DNA of 64,000 nucleotides from Candidatus Thalassarchaeum betae (GTDB lineage: Archaea; Thermoplasmatota; Poseidoniia; Poseidoniales; Thalassarchaeaceae): NCBI RefSeq assembly GCF_022448665.1, contig NZ_JAKUUO010000004.1. The stretch is one strand, 5' to 3'. The translations under genes and the position numbers were made by a program. The notes under the pieces are model-generated. The model searched no databases. It was given only the letters and a program-made list of their open reading frames with translations, and was not told the DNA's origin. This document shows, piece by piece, positions 18,508 through 27,548 of this stretch; the stretch's first letter is position 1; each line of letters begins with the position of its first letter.

Positions 18508-19575
18508 ATGCATGAATCTGACGCCGACAGGCTCGGCGAAAAGGCGAACAGCACCTCTCGACACCGATGCCACGTGGGCGAGCCGCGAATCCTTGTCACG
18601 GCATTCCCGCCGTTTTCCGATTTTGAGACCAATGTCTCTCAATCCGTCTTGGAACGGCTCCATGTTGACGGTATTGATGGACTAGACGTGGTTACGTGGA
18701 TGCTGAGTGTCGACGAGGCCGGCTCAGGCGCTGTGGCTGCTGAAATCAGAGCCGGCATCGAGGTGGATGGCGTACTCCACCTCGGCCTTGCTGCTGGGAG
18801 GACGGGAATATCCCTAGAGAGGATCGCTCGCAACAGGTACTCGATGACAGAGCCTGACAACTCAGGAAGGCTGCAGGAGTCCGGCAGTATCGTTCTCGGA
18901 GGCCCTGAGACGCTGGAGACGACGGCCCCACTCCACATTCTGGATGAGGAGTTCGAGCATGACACCGACGTGCAGTGGAGCGATGACGCGGGCGGCTATG
19001 TGTGCAATGAGACCATCTACAGGACGCTGAATGAACTGCAAGCCAGCAGCGGGCCCGCATTGCCCGCGATATTCGTGCATCTGCCCCCCGAGAGCGAAGT
19101 CCCGCTCGAAGATCAGGTAGCGGCGGTAATCAGAATCGCCAATTGCTTGGTCACCAGACCTAGGTATGAAGTCGCAGCTGCACTGCTTTTCGACGATCAG
19201 GGGAGAATACTGTCGTGCCGCAGGCCCAATGGGGACGCATGGGGTGGCTGGTGGGAGTTCCCAGGAGGAAAGATCAATCCGGGCGAGGATGCTCCAGTGG
19301 CACTGCTCCGCGAACTTGAGGAGGAATTGCGAATATCCCCCGAGCCCAAGGAAAAGGTCGCTCACATCGACTACGACTACGATGACAGATCTGTGAGCCT
19401 GCAGATATGGAACTGCGGAAGCATCGAGCCCACGTCGATCACTCTCGTCGAGCACGATTCGGCTCGTTGGCTATCACGAGACGAACTGCTTCAGGTGAAA
19501 TGGCTACCGGCAGACCTCCCGATTATCGAGAAATGGTCCCAAGAGGGCCTACCGGAGCCTAGTCTTCTCCGCTAG
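18508..19575 (+). CDS. Fusion protein: pyrrolidone-carboxylate (pyroglutamyl) peptidase I (C15) N-terminal domain plus NUDIX hydrolase C-terminal domain
   Basis: C15 motifs ILVTAFPPFSDF (compare the canonical ILVTGFEPF) and DAGGYVCNETIYR (catalytic Cys context). Nudix box GGWWEFPGGKINPGEDAPVALLRELEEELRI (GX5EX7REUXEEXGU). Start is the ATG at 18508, in frame inside ORF 18178..19575. Confidence 0.75.
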   Translation: MHESDADRLGEKANSTSRHRCHVGEPRILVTAFPPFSDFETNVSQSVLERLHVDGIDGLDVVTWMLSVDEAGSGAVAAEIRAGIEVDGVLHLGLAAGRTGISLERIARNRYSMTEPDNSGRLQESGSIVLGGPETLETTAPLHILDEEFEHDTDVQWSDDAGGYVCNETIYRTLNELQASSGPALPAIFVHLPPESEVPLEDQVAAVIRIANCLVTRPRYEVAAALLFDDQGRILSCRRPNGDAWGGWWEFPGGKINPGEDAPVALLRELEEELRISPEPKEKVAHIDYDYDDRSVSLQIWNCGSIEPTSITLVEHDSARWLSRDELLQVKWLPADLPIIEKWSQEGLPEPSLLR

Positions 19576-20071
19576 TGGGGTTTCCCTTGCGGTCAAACCA
19601 CTCGACAGGCTCACCGTCATCAGACATCGCCAAATCGTCTCCAACGCTGCGTGGAATCGAGTTGCGACCGGCGTGCCAGGTTTGCTCCTCGAGCCAGACT
19701 GCCAGGTTCTCTCCAGTCAGGCCGATGCGCATTTCCCCGCCAATCGCCCTCTCATCGATGACGAATGAGACCTTGCCGGCCAGAGCAGCCTGTCTCGATA
19801 GAGCGAATCCAGTCGAGTCGCCTTCGAGTTCCATTGTCATAGCATCGAGGGCAGTATCGAGGATTCTCTGGTTCCTCGCAGACTCTAGCAGCGTGTCCAA
19901 CGACTCGGCAGAGCCGGTGATCAGGACACCCCCTCTCTCGTTCGGGAACGCCGCGTTCTCAGGAATGCGGTCGGGCACCCAGTCCGGGAAGACGGCCTTG
20001 ACCGAATCCACAACCTTCGTTGCATCCTCGTGCGGTTGCACGACAGTGGACACACTGACGAGGGGCGCCAT
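19559..20071 (-). CDS. Conserved archaeal hypothetical protein, possibly UPF0201/PF01877-like RNA-binding family
   Basis: The N-terminus MAPLVSVSTVVQPHEDATKVVDSVKAVFPDW resembles the V-x-V..V-x-PTED..KV...lFP start of that family, from memory only. GC3-rich frame. Convergent with the Pcp-NUDIX gene. Confidence 0.45.
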   Translation of the reverse strand: MAPLVSVSTVVQPHEDATKVVDSVKAVFPDWVPDRIPENAAFPNERGGVLITGSAESLDTLLESARNQRILDTALDAMTMELEGDSTGFALSRQAALAGKVSFVIDERAIGGEMRIGLTGENLAVWLEEQTWHAGRNSIPRSVGDDLAMSDDGEPVEWFDRKGNPTSGED

Positions 20072-20132
20072 ACCTTCTCGTAGGGGCTGTCTGACATGAG
20101 TCCTCTGCCCCGACTCGCTCCCGTGAGCGCGA

Positions 20133-20906
20133 ATGATTCAAACGATGGGCGAAGGGGCCGGTTCCATGGCACAGCGGTCGCCGATGCTCGGAGCAGCACT
20201 CCTCTTGGCTCCAACTATGTGCGTGATAGCGCTGCGCTACGGCCTACCGGCTATCGACGAACTCCTCTCCGAGGATGATACGATGATGTACTCGGTTCAT
20301 GCAGCGGCTCTTCTAATCGGGGTTGTGATGTTCATGAGGTACCGAAAGGTCGAGGATCACGAGTATCACCGCTCCAAGGCGATACGCAAACTCTCCCGGA
20401 CCTACTCCAAGGAGGACAGGGGTCTTTGGGAGAAGGGCGAGGCGGCGATTGAGCGGCTCGAAGCGAAGGCCAGCGAGCCCCGGACCGGAAGGGCGGCGCT
20501 GGAGACGCAGGCACTCAAGTCAGGAACCGTCGGTGCCCTGAACACAGAGCGCTCCGAGGAGGAGATTCCCGAAGATGACCCTGAGCCGCAAGCCATGACG
20601 CAGGTCACCGGAATGAGTACGATGGTGGATGAGCAGGCGATAGCCGAACCCAAAGCTCTTGGATTCCTCTCTAGAATGTCCAATTCCATCAACAGCAGAA
20701 TGGACGCATCTGCCCAGCGCCGTTTGGAGAAGCGCTCTGCCAAAGCAGCGGCCAAGAAGGCCTCCGCGAAAAGCGACTCGGACTCCCAATGGGCGGCTCC
20801 GTCCGCCTCGTCTCTGGCCCGCTCAGTCGTTTCCTGCGCCTCCTGCGGGGCACTGAACAACTCGGGCGCACCCTACTGCACCTCATGCGGCGACTTCCTC
20901 TCCTGA
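20133..20906 (+). CDS. Membrane protein with two N-terminal TM helices, a long charged linker and a C-terminal zinc ribbon
   Basis: TM segments LGAALLLAPTMCVIAL and AAALLIGVVMFM. C-terminus CASCGALNNSGAPYCTSCGDF (CxxC..CxxC). Confidence 0.5.
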   Translation: MIQTMGEGAGSMAQRSPMLGAALLLAPTMCVIALRYGLPAIDELLSEDDTMMYSVHAAALLIGVVMFMRYRKVEDHEYHRSKAIRKLSRTYSKEDRGLWEKGEAAIERLEAKASEPRTGRAALETQALKSGTVGALNTERSEEEIPEDDPEPQAMTQVTGMSTMVDEQAIAEPKALGFLSRMSNSINSRMDASAQRRLEKRSAKAAAKKASAKSDSDSQWAAPSASSLARSVVSCASCGALNNSGAPYCTSCGDFLS

Positions 20907-20954
20907 GGGGAGGGGTTGAAAACGGTCGACCAAGAGCCCGCGACAGGTGAGCCC

Positions 20955-22100
20955 ATGGCAGGCAAGCGCGACTACTACGATGTACTAGGAGTGTCTAAAG
21001 ACGCCACCGACACCGAGATCAAGAAGGCATTCAGATCGCTCGCGAGGCAGCACCACCCTGACAAGAACCCCGGAGACGACGAATCCGAGAAGCGGTTCAA
21101 GGAGGTCCAAGAGGCGTATGCAGTTCTCTCTGACATGGATGAGCGCAGGAAGTACGACACATTCGGCCACGACCAGCCTGGTGGGTCTCCATTTGGCCCC
21201 GGTGGCTTCCAGGGGATTAACATCAGCATCGACGATATCTTCGGAGGAGGCATCGAGGGTATATTCAGCCAGCTCTTCAGCGGAACCAGAGGAACTCGGA
21301 GAGGCCGTGGTCAGGATCTCCTAGTACGCCACGAAATCCCTTTTGAAGCCGCGATGGAGGGGCTTGAGGACGAGATTGAGATTGACGTGCTGAGGGTCTG
21401 TACAAAGTGCGACGGTATCGGCTCGGAGAGCCAAGACGGGGTTCGCGAGTGCCCCACTTGCGATGGCAGAGGAAGGTTGCAGAGAATCGAGAGGGTCGGC
21501 CCTTTCACCAAGCAGGTCGTATCGGACTGCCCGGCCTGTGAGGGCGAGGGCAGGATAATACAGGACCCCTGCTCTGGTTGCCGGGGACATGGCAGAGCCA
21601 GCCAGTCCAAGCAGGTCAGGTTCATGGTCCCAGCAGGCATCTCAAGCGGCACTAGGCTCCGGATGAGGGGACATGGAGAAGCCCCGAAAGGCAACAGGGG
21701 CGACTCAGGAGACCTCTACATACAGATCGAAGTAGATTCACATCCGTGGTTCGAGAGAGACGGCCCAGACCTGCTCATGGCCCTGCCCCTCGGTTACGTC
21801 GACTTGGTCCTCGGTACTGACATCGAGATCCCTCATATTGACGGGAAACCACTGACCATTAAAGTCCCAGCAGGCTCGAAACCCGGCGAGACTTTGACGA
21901 TAGCCGGACGCGGATTGCCTGGGGGCAGGGGCCGCCGTGGAAGGGGCTCGGTCACAGTACTGCTCAAACTAGACATGCCAAGCAAGGTCCCTCGTGGCCT
22001 TAGGAAGAGTTTGGAGGGTATGCGTGAGGAGATAGGCACGGACATGGATTCGCTTCAGGATCGCATCAGGGAAGAGGCCAGGAATCGTCGCAGAGGCTGA
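20955..22100 (+). CDS. dnaJ: Chaperone DnaJ (J domain, G/F region, 4x CxxCxGxG zinc-finger repeats)
   Basis: DYYDVLGVSKDATDTEIKKAFRSLARQHHPDKN (HPD). CTKCDGIG, CPTCDGRG, CPACEGEG, CSGCRGHG. The ORF track starts at 20916; the internal ATG at 20955 fits the canonical N-terminus. Confidence 0.9.
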   Translation: MAGKRDYYDVLGVSKDATDTEIKKAFRSLARQHHPDKNPGDDESEKRFKEVQEAYAVLSDMDERRKYDTFGHDQPGGSPFGPGGFQGINISIDDIFGGGIEGIFSQLFSGTRGTRRGRGQDLLVRHEIPFEAAMEGLEDEIEIDVLRVCTKCDGIGSESQDGVRECPTCDGRGRLQRIERVGPFTKQVVSDCPACEGEGRIIQDPCSGCRGHGRASQSKQVRFMVPAGISSGTRLRMRGHGEAPKGNRGDSGDLYIQIEVDSHPWFERDGPDLLMALPLGYVDLVLGTDIEIPHIDGKPLTIKVPAGSKPGETLTIAGRGLPGGRGRRGRGSVTVLLKLDMPSKVPRGLRKSLEGMREEIGTDMDSLQDRIREEARNRRRG

Positions 22101-22109
22101 TTACACAGG

Positions 22110-24254
22110 CTAGTCACTCCAGTCAAGAACTCTGTTGGGTACAGCCGCCAGCGGCTGACCGCCAACCAGACCAGAGAGCTGGAAGCCTAGACTGGATGGG
22201 TTCCCTTCCAGAGTCAGGCTGAGGAACATTTTGCTGTCTGCCGGCATCTTATCGAGGAATATCTCGTCCCCTTGGAAGAGGCGGCTTGGGGAGACTGCGG
22301 CTATTCCGACCTTGGCCCCCTCTGGTGCGTGGATCCTCATTGCGGCGAGTTCCCAAGGCTCGTCAGCCACTCGTATTCCCAAGAGCAGTGTTGCATCACC
22401 TTCGCTGATTCGCCAGACGCAGATTTCAATCTGTTCGGTCATGTGGCGCAGTAATGGCTCGCCCCAGTCCTGCACGACAGCCCTCCACGGGCTGTCGCCC
22501 ATCTGCCGAAGGGCGTATTCGACCTCGCTCTCGTCGACTGTCTCCTCGGCCAGAGCCTCGGCCAGCCTCTCACGCAGGCGGCGAAGCCTGCGACGCTCGT
22601 GCTCCTCGATATCCGAGGCGAGAGGAGCGCCGCTGAAGATCGCCCCCCTGTTCCACCAGATCACCAGTAACAATGGGGAGAGCAGGAAGATTCCCGCAAA
22701 GATGTAGAAGTTCTTAGCGCGGTAGGACAAATCCAGGTATTCCCCCCTCTCAGGCTCGTAGGGTCCGTTGTAGGGCAGAGAGAAACGGTATTCGACAGTC
22801 TGATTCGTATCTCCTATCTCGATTACCAACGCGTGGGTTCCGGGAGGCACTATCATCATCGAGCCGTCAGTGGAGTTCTCGACATCCCCCGTCTCCTGAT
22901 TGAGAGTCAGAAGTCGGTATGACGCCGCTGAGTCACCTATCGTGTCGACGCGTACGTACGAACCGTTCTCCTCGGTGATGTTGAATGCGAAAACATCGAC
23001 GAAGTCCCCCGGTCCGAGGTTGCCTTGGAACGAGGGCGGGCCGAGGGTCAGTACCTGCCACCACTGGTCCAGTTCGCCCGGCGCCCAAATGATGTCAGGA
23101 GCGTCCCCGACGAGCGAACCGTCGCCAGAATCGTCGGCCCTCAGGCTGATGCCCCATGCTATCGCCCCTACGGAAGTAATCCTGAATTCGATCGATTCTG
23201 TCTGTTCAGTGGTCTGAATCGAATCGGGACATGAATATGCGTTCTGAGTAACGACGACCGTCGAACCATCGCGCTCATGGAGCACGATGTCCAGATTCAC
23301 GGCCCCTTGACCACCCGTGAACATGCAATTCGGCTCGATGTGCATCTTGGGCCCAGAATCGATTAGCAATGAGTCGCCTTCAGGATCCTCGCCGGCGATG
23401 TGCCCGTAGTAGAGGAGCGAGGAATGACCATAGAAGGGAAGGGGATTGCCGTGAGTCCACGGGTTACTCAATTCGCCGCCTCCGGGAGCCTCCGTGTCGT
23501 CGTCATAGCGTATGACTTCGAATTCGTAAGGAGAATAGTCAGCTTCAGTAGCGTGAACCAATCGGAGCCAGAGATCCCCTTCCGGAGGGTAGTCGAAGTA
23601 ATGGGATTCGAGTTCATCAGAGGAGATGCTTTCGAGAAGAATCTTGGAATCCGTGTTTCTCTGCCATATCTCCATGTTCATCTCTTCCGGCCCTCTCAGG
23701 CTGTTGAGCAGCATAACGTCACCCGCGTCGCCTACTATGCGCAATGCGTCCTTGTCGCTCAGGTTCTCTAGCGCGCCGACGTAGAGCACACCCTCTGACA
23801 ACAGGTCGATTGCGGCGCAGTGGTGCAACTGGCACGGCGAAACAGTGTCGATCTGAGGGTACTCCCCCTGTGCACCAGGGGGCGGTACGATGTTTGGTAG
23901 GTCGTCGTACTCTGTCCAGTCCTCCTGCCAACTCATCACCACTTCGAGGTCGAGGTGGGCCACATCCGTACCGTCCTCGGCCAGCAACGCCCAGGAGACG
24001 GTTTCGTCGACCCAGCCTGCCCACTGGACGTGATGGGAGTCAGAATGGCTCGTCTCATTGGCGTCTGCTGTAACAACGAGTTCCATTCCCGGACAACTAA
24101 CCTCAGTGCACGTCACGCTAATCCACACTGGCCCGCTAGTGCTGAACGAATCATCGCGCAGGATTACCCGGTCGTCATCCTGCGCCGTAGTGCAGATGCT
24201 GAACGCTGAGAGCGTCAGAACCACTGCCAAGAGCCACGTTCGCACGCCTTGCAC
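22110..24254 (-). CDS. Hypothetical type-I membrane protein. Signal peptide, roughly 500-aa ectodomain, one TM helix, roughly 170-aa cytoplasmic domain.
   Basis: N-terminus MQGVRTWLLAVVLTLSAFSICTTAQ. Internal TM FYIFAGIFLLSPLLLVIWW followed by a charged coiled region EEHERRRLRRLRERLAEALAEE. Confidence 0.6.
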   Translation of the reverse strand: MQGVRTWLLAVVLTLSAFSICTTAQDDDRVILRDDSFSTSGPVWISVTCTEVSCPGMELVVTADANETSHSDSHHVQWAGWVDETVSWALLAEDGTDVAHLDLEVVMSWQEDWTEYDDLPNIVPPPGAQGEYPQIDTVSPCQLHHCAAIDLLSEGVLYVGALENLSDKDALRIVGDAGDVMLLNSLRGPEEMNMEIWQRNTDSKILLESISSDELESHYFDYPPEGDLWLRLVHATEADYSPYEFEVIRYDDDTEAPGGGELSNPWTHGNPLPFYGHSSLLYYGHIAGEDPEGDSLLIDSGPKMHIEPNCMFTGGQGAVNLDIVLHERDGSTVVVTQNAYSCPDSIQTTEQTESIEFRITSVGAIAWGISLRADDSGDGSLVGDAPDIIWAPGELDQWWQVLTLGPPSFQGNLGPGDFVDVFAFNITEENGSYVRVDTIGDSAASYRLLTLNQETGDVENSTDGSMMIVPPGTHALVIEIGDTNQTVEYRFSLPYNGPYEPERGEYLDLSYRAKNFYIFAGIFLLSPLLLVIWWNRGAIFSGAPLASDIEEHERRRLRRLRERLAEALAEETVDESEVEYALRQMGDSPWRAVVQDWGEPLLRHMTEQIEICVWRISEGDATLLLGIRVADEPWELAAMRIHAPEGAKVGIAAVSPSRLFQGDEIFLDKMPADSKMFLSLTLEGNPSSLGFQLSGLVGGQPLAAVPNRVLDWSD

Positions 24255-24316
24255 GTATCCGCCGACCCGGCTTCACCTTAGAATCCTTCAAGCGAACCGC
24301 GTCAGTCCGACGCGCT

Positions 24317-26101
24317 ATGCCCGAGCGGCCGCTGGCCCGAGGTGTTGCCGCACGTCACCGATTCGGCAGACTGATGTCGCTCGGAGACAGGAATCAGCCC
24401 TCAGCATGGACCCCGGGGCTGGTATTGGATCCCCGGGACCCCGAAATGCCCCTCGCCTTGGCCCCGTTCACAAGCCTCAGGGAGGGGAATTCCCTACCTG
24501 CTGGAATCACCCTTTCGACACGTGCCAACCTGTGTTACCCATTCGACACTGAGGACACTTGGCAGGCGGTCGAGGGCCTAGTGCTCCCTCCAAGCCTCGC
24601 CGAGGCTGATTCGGGTGAGTTCGGTAATGGCTCGCAGGTACTCCCTGTGTCGTGGCAGGCGATGCATCACGACCAGAGTCTCAACGATACCGAACTCGAA
24701 CCATCGGTGGTAGTCTTGGTAGACGCGCCGCAACTGACTAAGCGACCGGGTATGCTCGTCGATGCACTCGACGCGCTGAGGGTGAGATTCCCGTCATCGC
24801 TGCTGTGGACCCCCGGAATCGGCGGTCCCGACAACTGCGCCATGCTAGTTTGGATGGGAGCGGATCTGTTCGATCTGGCGCGTTCGAGGCACGCTTCCTC
24901 GTTAGGCGTCCTCCTATCTGAGGAGGGACCCAGGGAAGTCGAGGAGACTGTGAGTGAGAGCGCGGACATGGATGCCCAATGCGCAGCTTGGACTCGTGCC
25001 CTCGCAGCCACTAGGGCCGCGATCAGGAACGGCTCGCTGCGCGAACTCGCCGAGCGTCAGAGCACCTCAAGCGCTCGCTCGGTAGAACGACTGCGTCGTC
25101 ACGATGCAAAGATGCGGGGGTACGACGGCGGACGCGCCGGTTTGGCAAGAGTAGTAGGCAGTGAGCACACTCTCAGGTGCCATACCTACACCAGCCGCGA
25201 CGACCCGCTCATACACGATTGGCGCAACAGGGTCGCTGACCAGCACGAGCCCCCAGAGCACCAGCGCGACGCACTCGTCCTGCTGCCCTGCTCGGCCACC
25301 AAGCCGTACAGAATCTCCCAGAGCCACAAGAAGTTTCTCAGGTCTCTGCAGTCTAATGGAATTCATCAGGTGATGGTCACGGCCCCTCTGGGACTGGTAC
25401 CTCGAGAATTGGAGGAGATATGGCCCGCGGCGAACTACGACATACCAGTGACCGGCGATTGGGACTCCGACGAGATCACTGTAATCCGCGACATGGTCAC
25501 GCGCTTGGCGACGAGAGTGGGGTATTCGCGAATCATCAACCACTCCGGAGTCGCAATTGAGGTCGAAGGCACCGAAGTCGTCAACACTCGAAACAGCGAT
25601 TCTGCCGGCTCACAGGAGGCGTTGGAGCGCTTGGAGTTGGAAGTTAACCGTGCCGCTGATGATCTGAAGTTGCCAAATCCGAAAACAGGTCATAACAGAC
25701 TGGCTCAGTTGCGGGCGTTGTCTCGATTCCAGCATGGTACCGACGTTTGGCTCGAAGACGCCTCCGTCCTAGGCCGCCCGCCTATATTCACCATCAAGAA
25801 GGAAGGAGTGCAGATCGCGCAGTGGAATCCACGCACAGCCCGCTTCGCCTTCTCGAAGTCCTGTCTACCATTGCTTGACTCCTGCAACGCGCTGCCCCGA
25901 GTATCTCTCAAGATTGGGGTTGATTGGCACGGGGACTTGTTTTCGACGAATGTCGAGAGCGCTGAGGAAGGAATCAGAGCAGGAGACGAGGTGCTGGTCA
26001 TGCAAGACGGTGGACTGGTAGGCTCGGCACGTGCCGAAGCACCCGGGTGGGAGTGGCCCGATGGCCCCGGCAGACTGGCACGCGCACAGCACCGCCTGTG
26101 A
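24317..26101 (+). CDS. arcS: Archaeosine synthase ArcS-like protein (tRNA-guanine-transglycosylase-related, with PC-x3-KPY motif and a C-terminal PUA-like region). Start uncertain.
   Basis: LLPCSATKPYRIS matches the PCX3KPY(S) motif reported for ArcS. Length of about 590 aa fits. The true start may be an internal Met such as MSLGDRN. Confidence 0.55.
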   Translation: MPERPLARGVAARHRFGRLMSLGDRNQPSAWTPGLVLDPRDPEMPLALAPFTSLREGNSLPAGITLSTRANLCYPFDTEDTWQAVEGLVLPPSLAEADSGEFGNGSQVLPVSWQAMHHDQSLNDTELEPSVVVLVDAPQLTKRPGMLVDALDALRVRFPSSLLWTPGIGGPDNCAMLVWMGADLFDLARSRHASSLGVLLSEEGPREVEETVSESADMDAQCAAWTRALAATRAAIRNGSLRELAERQSTSSARSVERLRRHDAKMRGYDGGRAGLARVVGSEHTLRCHTYTSRDDPLIHDWRNRVADQHEPPEHQRDALVLLPCSATKPYRISQSHKKFLRSLQSNGIHQVMVTAPLGLVPRELEEIWPAANYDIPVTGDWDSDEITVIRDMVTRLATRVGYSRIINHSGVAIEVEGTEVVNTRNSDSAGSQEALERLELEVNRAADDLKLPNPKTGHNRLAQLRALSRFQHGTDVWLEDASVLGRPPIFTIKKEGVQIAQWNPRTARFAFSKSCLPLLDSCNALPRVSLKIGVDWHGDLFSTNVESAEEGIRAGDEVLVMQDGGLVGSARAEAPGWEWPDGPGRLARAQHRL

Positions 26102-26104
26102 ACT

Positions 26105-26119
26105 CCACCCTACGGGTGG
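26105..26119 (+). terminator. Hairpin (ccaccc-tac-gggtgg) followed by TTT, 3 nt after the arcS stop
   Basis: Inverted repeat read directly. Archaeal termination normally relies on T-tracts, so this is tentative. Confidence 0.3.
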
Positions 26120-26130
26120 GTTTGCGTAGC

Positions 26131-26138
26131 GATTAAAG
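26131..26138 (+). promoter_or_regulatory. Candidate TATA-box-like element (GATTAAAG) about 40 nt upstream of the rps15 ATG
   Basis: AT-rich octamer in GC-rich DNA. GAGGT lies 8 nt upstream of the ATG. Confidence 0.25.
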
Positions 26139-26176
26139 AGGGAGAGCAGGTCGGCCGGATTCCTGAGGTAGTCGGA

Positions 26177-26632
26177 ATGGCACGTATGCACAGTGGCGGA
26201 AAGGGTCGCAGCGGTTCCAACAAGCCCAGTGTGAGCGAGGCCCCGGCATGGTCGGCCACCGACAAGAAGGAACTCGAGGACCTGATAGTCAGCCTCGCTC
26301 AGGACGGAAACTCGACCGCTATCATCGGGACCATCCTGCGTGACCAGCATGCAGTCCCTGACGTCCGCTTGGTCACCGGAGAGAGAATCTCGCAAACTCT
26401 TGCTCGAAATGGCATCTCACCTAGGTACCCTGAGGACATGATGAACCTCATGCGCCGGGCTTTGAGCCTCATCGACCACCTCGCAGGAAACCGCAAGGAT
26501 CTGCACAACCGTCGCCAACTCGAGCTCTGCGAGTCGAAGATTCGACGTCTTGCTAGGTACTACAAGAGCAATGGCCAACTCGATGAAAACTGGGTCTACA
26601 AGCGCGACCAACTGCGACTGATGGTCGAGTGA
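26177..26632 (+). CDS. rps15: 30S ribosomal protein S15P/S13e (uS15)
   Basis: MARMHSGGKGRSGS N-terminus and the overall S13e/S15P pattern (..LIDHLAGNRKDLHNRRQLELCESKIRRLARYYK). Confidence 0.9.
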   Translation: MARMHSGGKGRSGSNKPSVSEAPAWSATDKKELEDLIVSLAQDGNSTAIIGTILRDQHAVPDVRLVTGERISQTLARNGISPRYPEDMMNLMRRALSLIDHLAGNRKDLHNRRQLELCESKIRRLARYYKSNGQLDENWVYKRDQLRLMVE

Positions 26633-26648
26633 TTCCTGCGTAGGGGAT

Positions 26649-27548
26649 TTGAACCTCGACTGCACAGCCCCCTTAATGCGCGCGCTCCTCGAGCTCGAAC
26701 CGTTCGCTTCCGTTGCCGGTGTTCTCTCACACGCCGCCGACGAGTTGCGCAGTTGCAACGAGACAATTCTCCTGCTCGCAGCACCCTCCTTTCCCGGCGC
26801 TCTGGCTATCGCACCCATAGAAGCGGCACTGGTCGATGCAGGCCTGCCGTACCGACGCCGATTCAGACTCGAGGCCCCTGCCAAGGGGTCATGGGTGCAT
26901 ATCCTCGGTCCGGCTGAAGAAAGTGGCCCTCGTCTCTCCTCAGACCCCCCACAACTCACTCTGGCTAGCGTCGTCGTAGACGGTCTGACCGGACATCAGG
27001 GCGATGCTCGGAAGGGACCGCTCACTGCAGTGGCTCAGGCGCACGCTTTGGCTCAGGCGATATGTCCAGGGGGCTCGAGAGTGCACCGACTCAGGCCTTG
27101 GGCGATTTCGGGCAATTGGCTCCACTCCGCTTTGGATACCACCTACGACCCGGTCTTCACAGCCCTGCGGGACGCTCTGGTTGAGGATGGATCGATACGC
27201 GTCGTCCCTCTACCCGAGGTACCCGAGCCCAACGTCAGCGCAAATTCGTGGATCGACCAGAACGCGCTCGATGCGGTCGCCTCACGATGGGCCACATTGG
27301 ATCTCGAGGGCCGGGCACGCGCCCTCTCTCATCTGATGCGCCCCGCCCTCCCCCGCTCCACTCCATCCACAGCGAGGCTCGAGGAGATCGGCTGGCACTG
27401 CGTGCTGGGTCCTGGTTGGTCCACTGATCTGTCGGGGCAGGTATCATCTGCGGCCGGGCTGTGGAAGGAGAATCCGGCCCCAGTAGCAGCGGGGAAGCTG
27501 GTCGACTCGCTTCTTAGGAGCGGGCAAATGATTACTCTTCGACCCTAA
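26649..27548 (+). CDS. Hypothetical protein. Possibly a degenerate DHH-like phosphoesterase; weak.
   Basis: GC3-rich 299-aa frame directly downstream of rps15, a position where a DHH/RecJ-like gene often sits in archaea. No intact DHH motif seen. Confidence 0.45.
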   Translation: MNLDCTAPLMRALLELEPFASVAGVLSHAADELRSCNETILLLAAPSFPGALAIAPIEAALVDAGLPYRRRFRLEAPAKGSWVHILGPAEESGPRLSSDPPQLTLASVVVDGLTGHQGDARKGPLTAVAQAHALAQAICPGGSRVHRLRPWAISGNWLHSALDTTYDPVFTALRDALVEDGSIRVVPLPEVPEPNVSANSWIDQNALDAVASRWATLDLEGRARALSHLMRPALPRSTPSTARLEEIGWHCVLGPGWSTDLSGQVSSAAGLWKENPAPVAAGKLVDSLLRSGQMITLRP

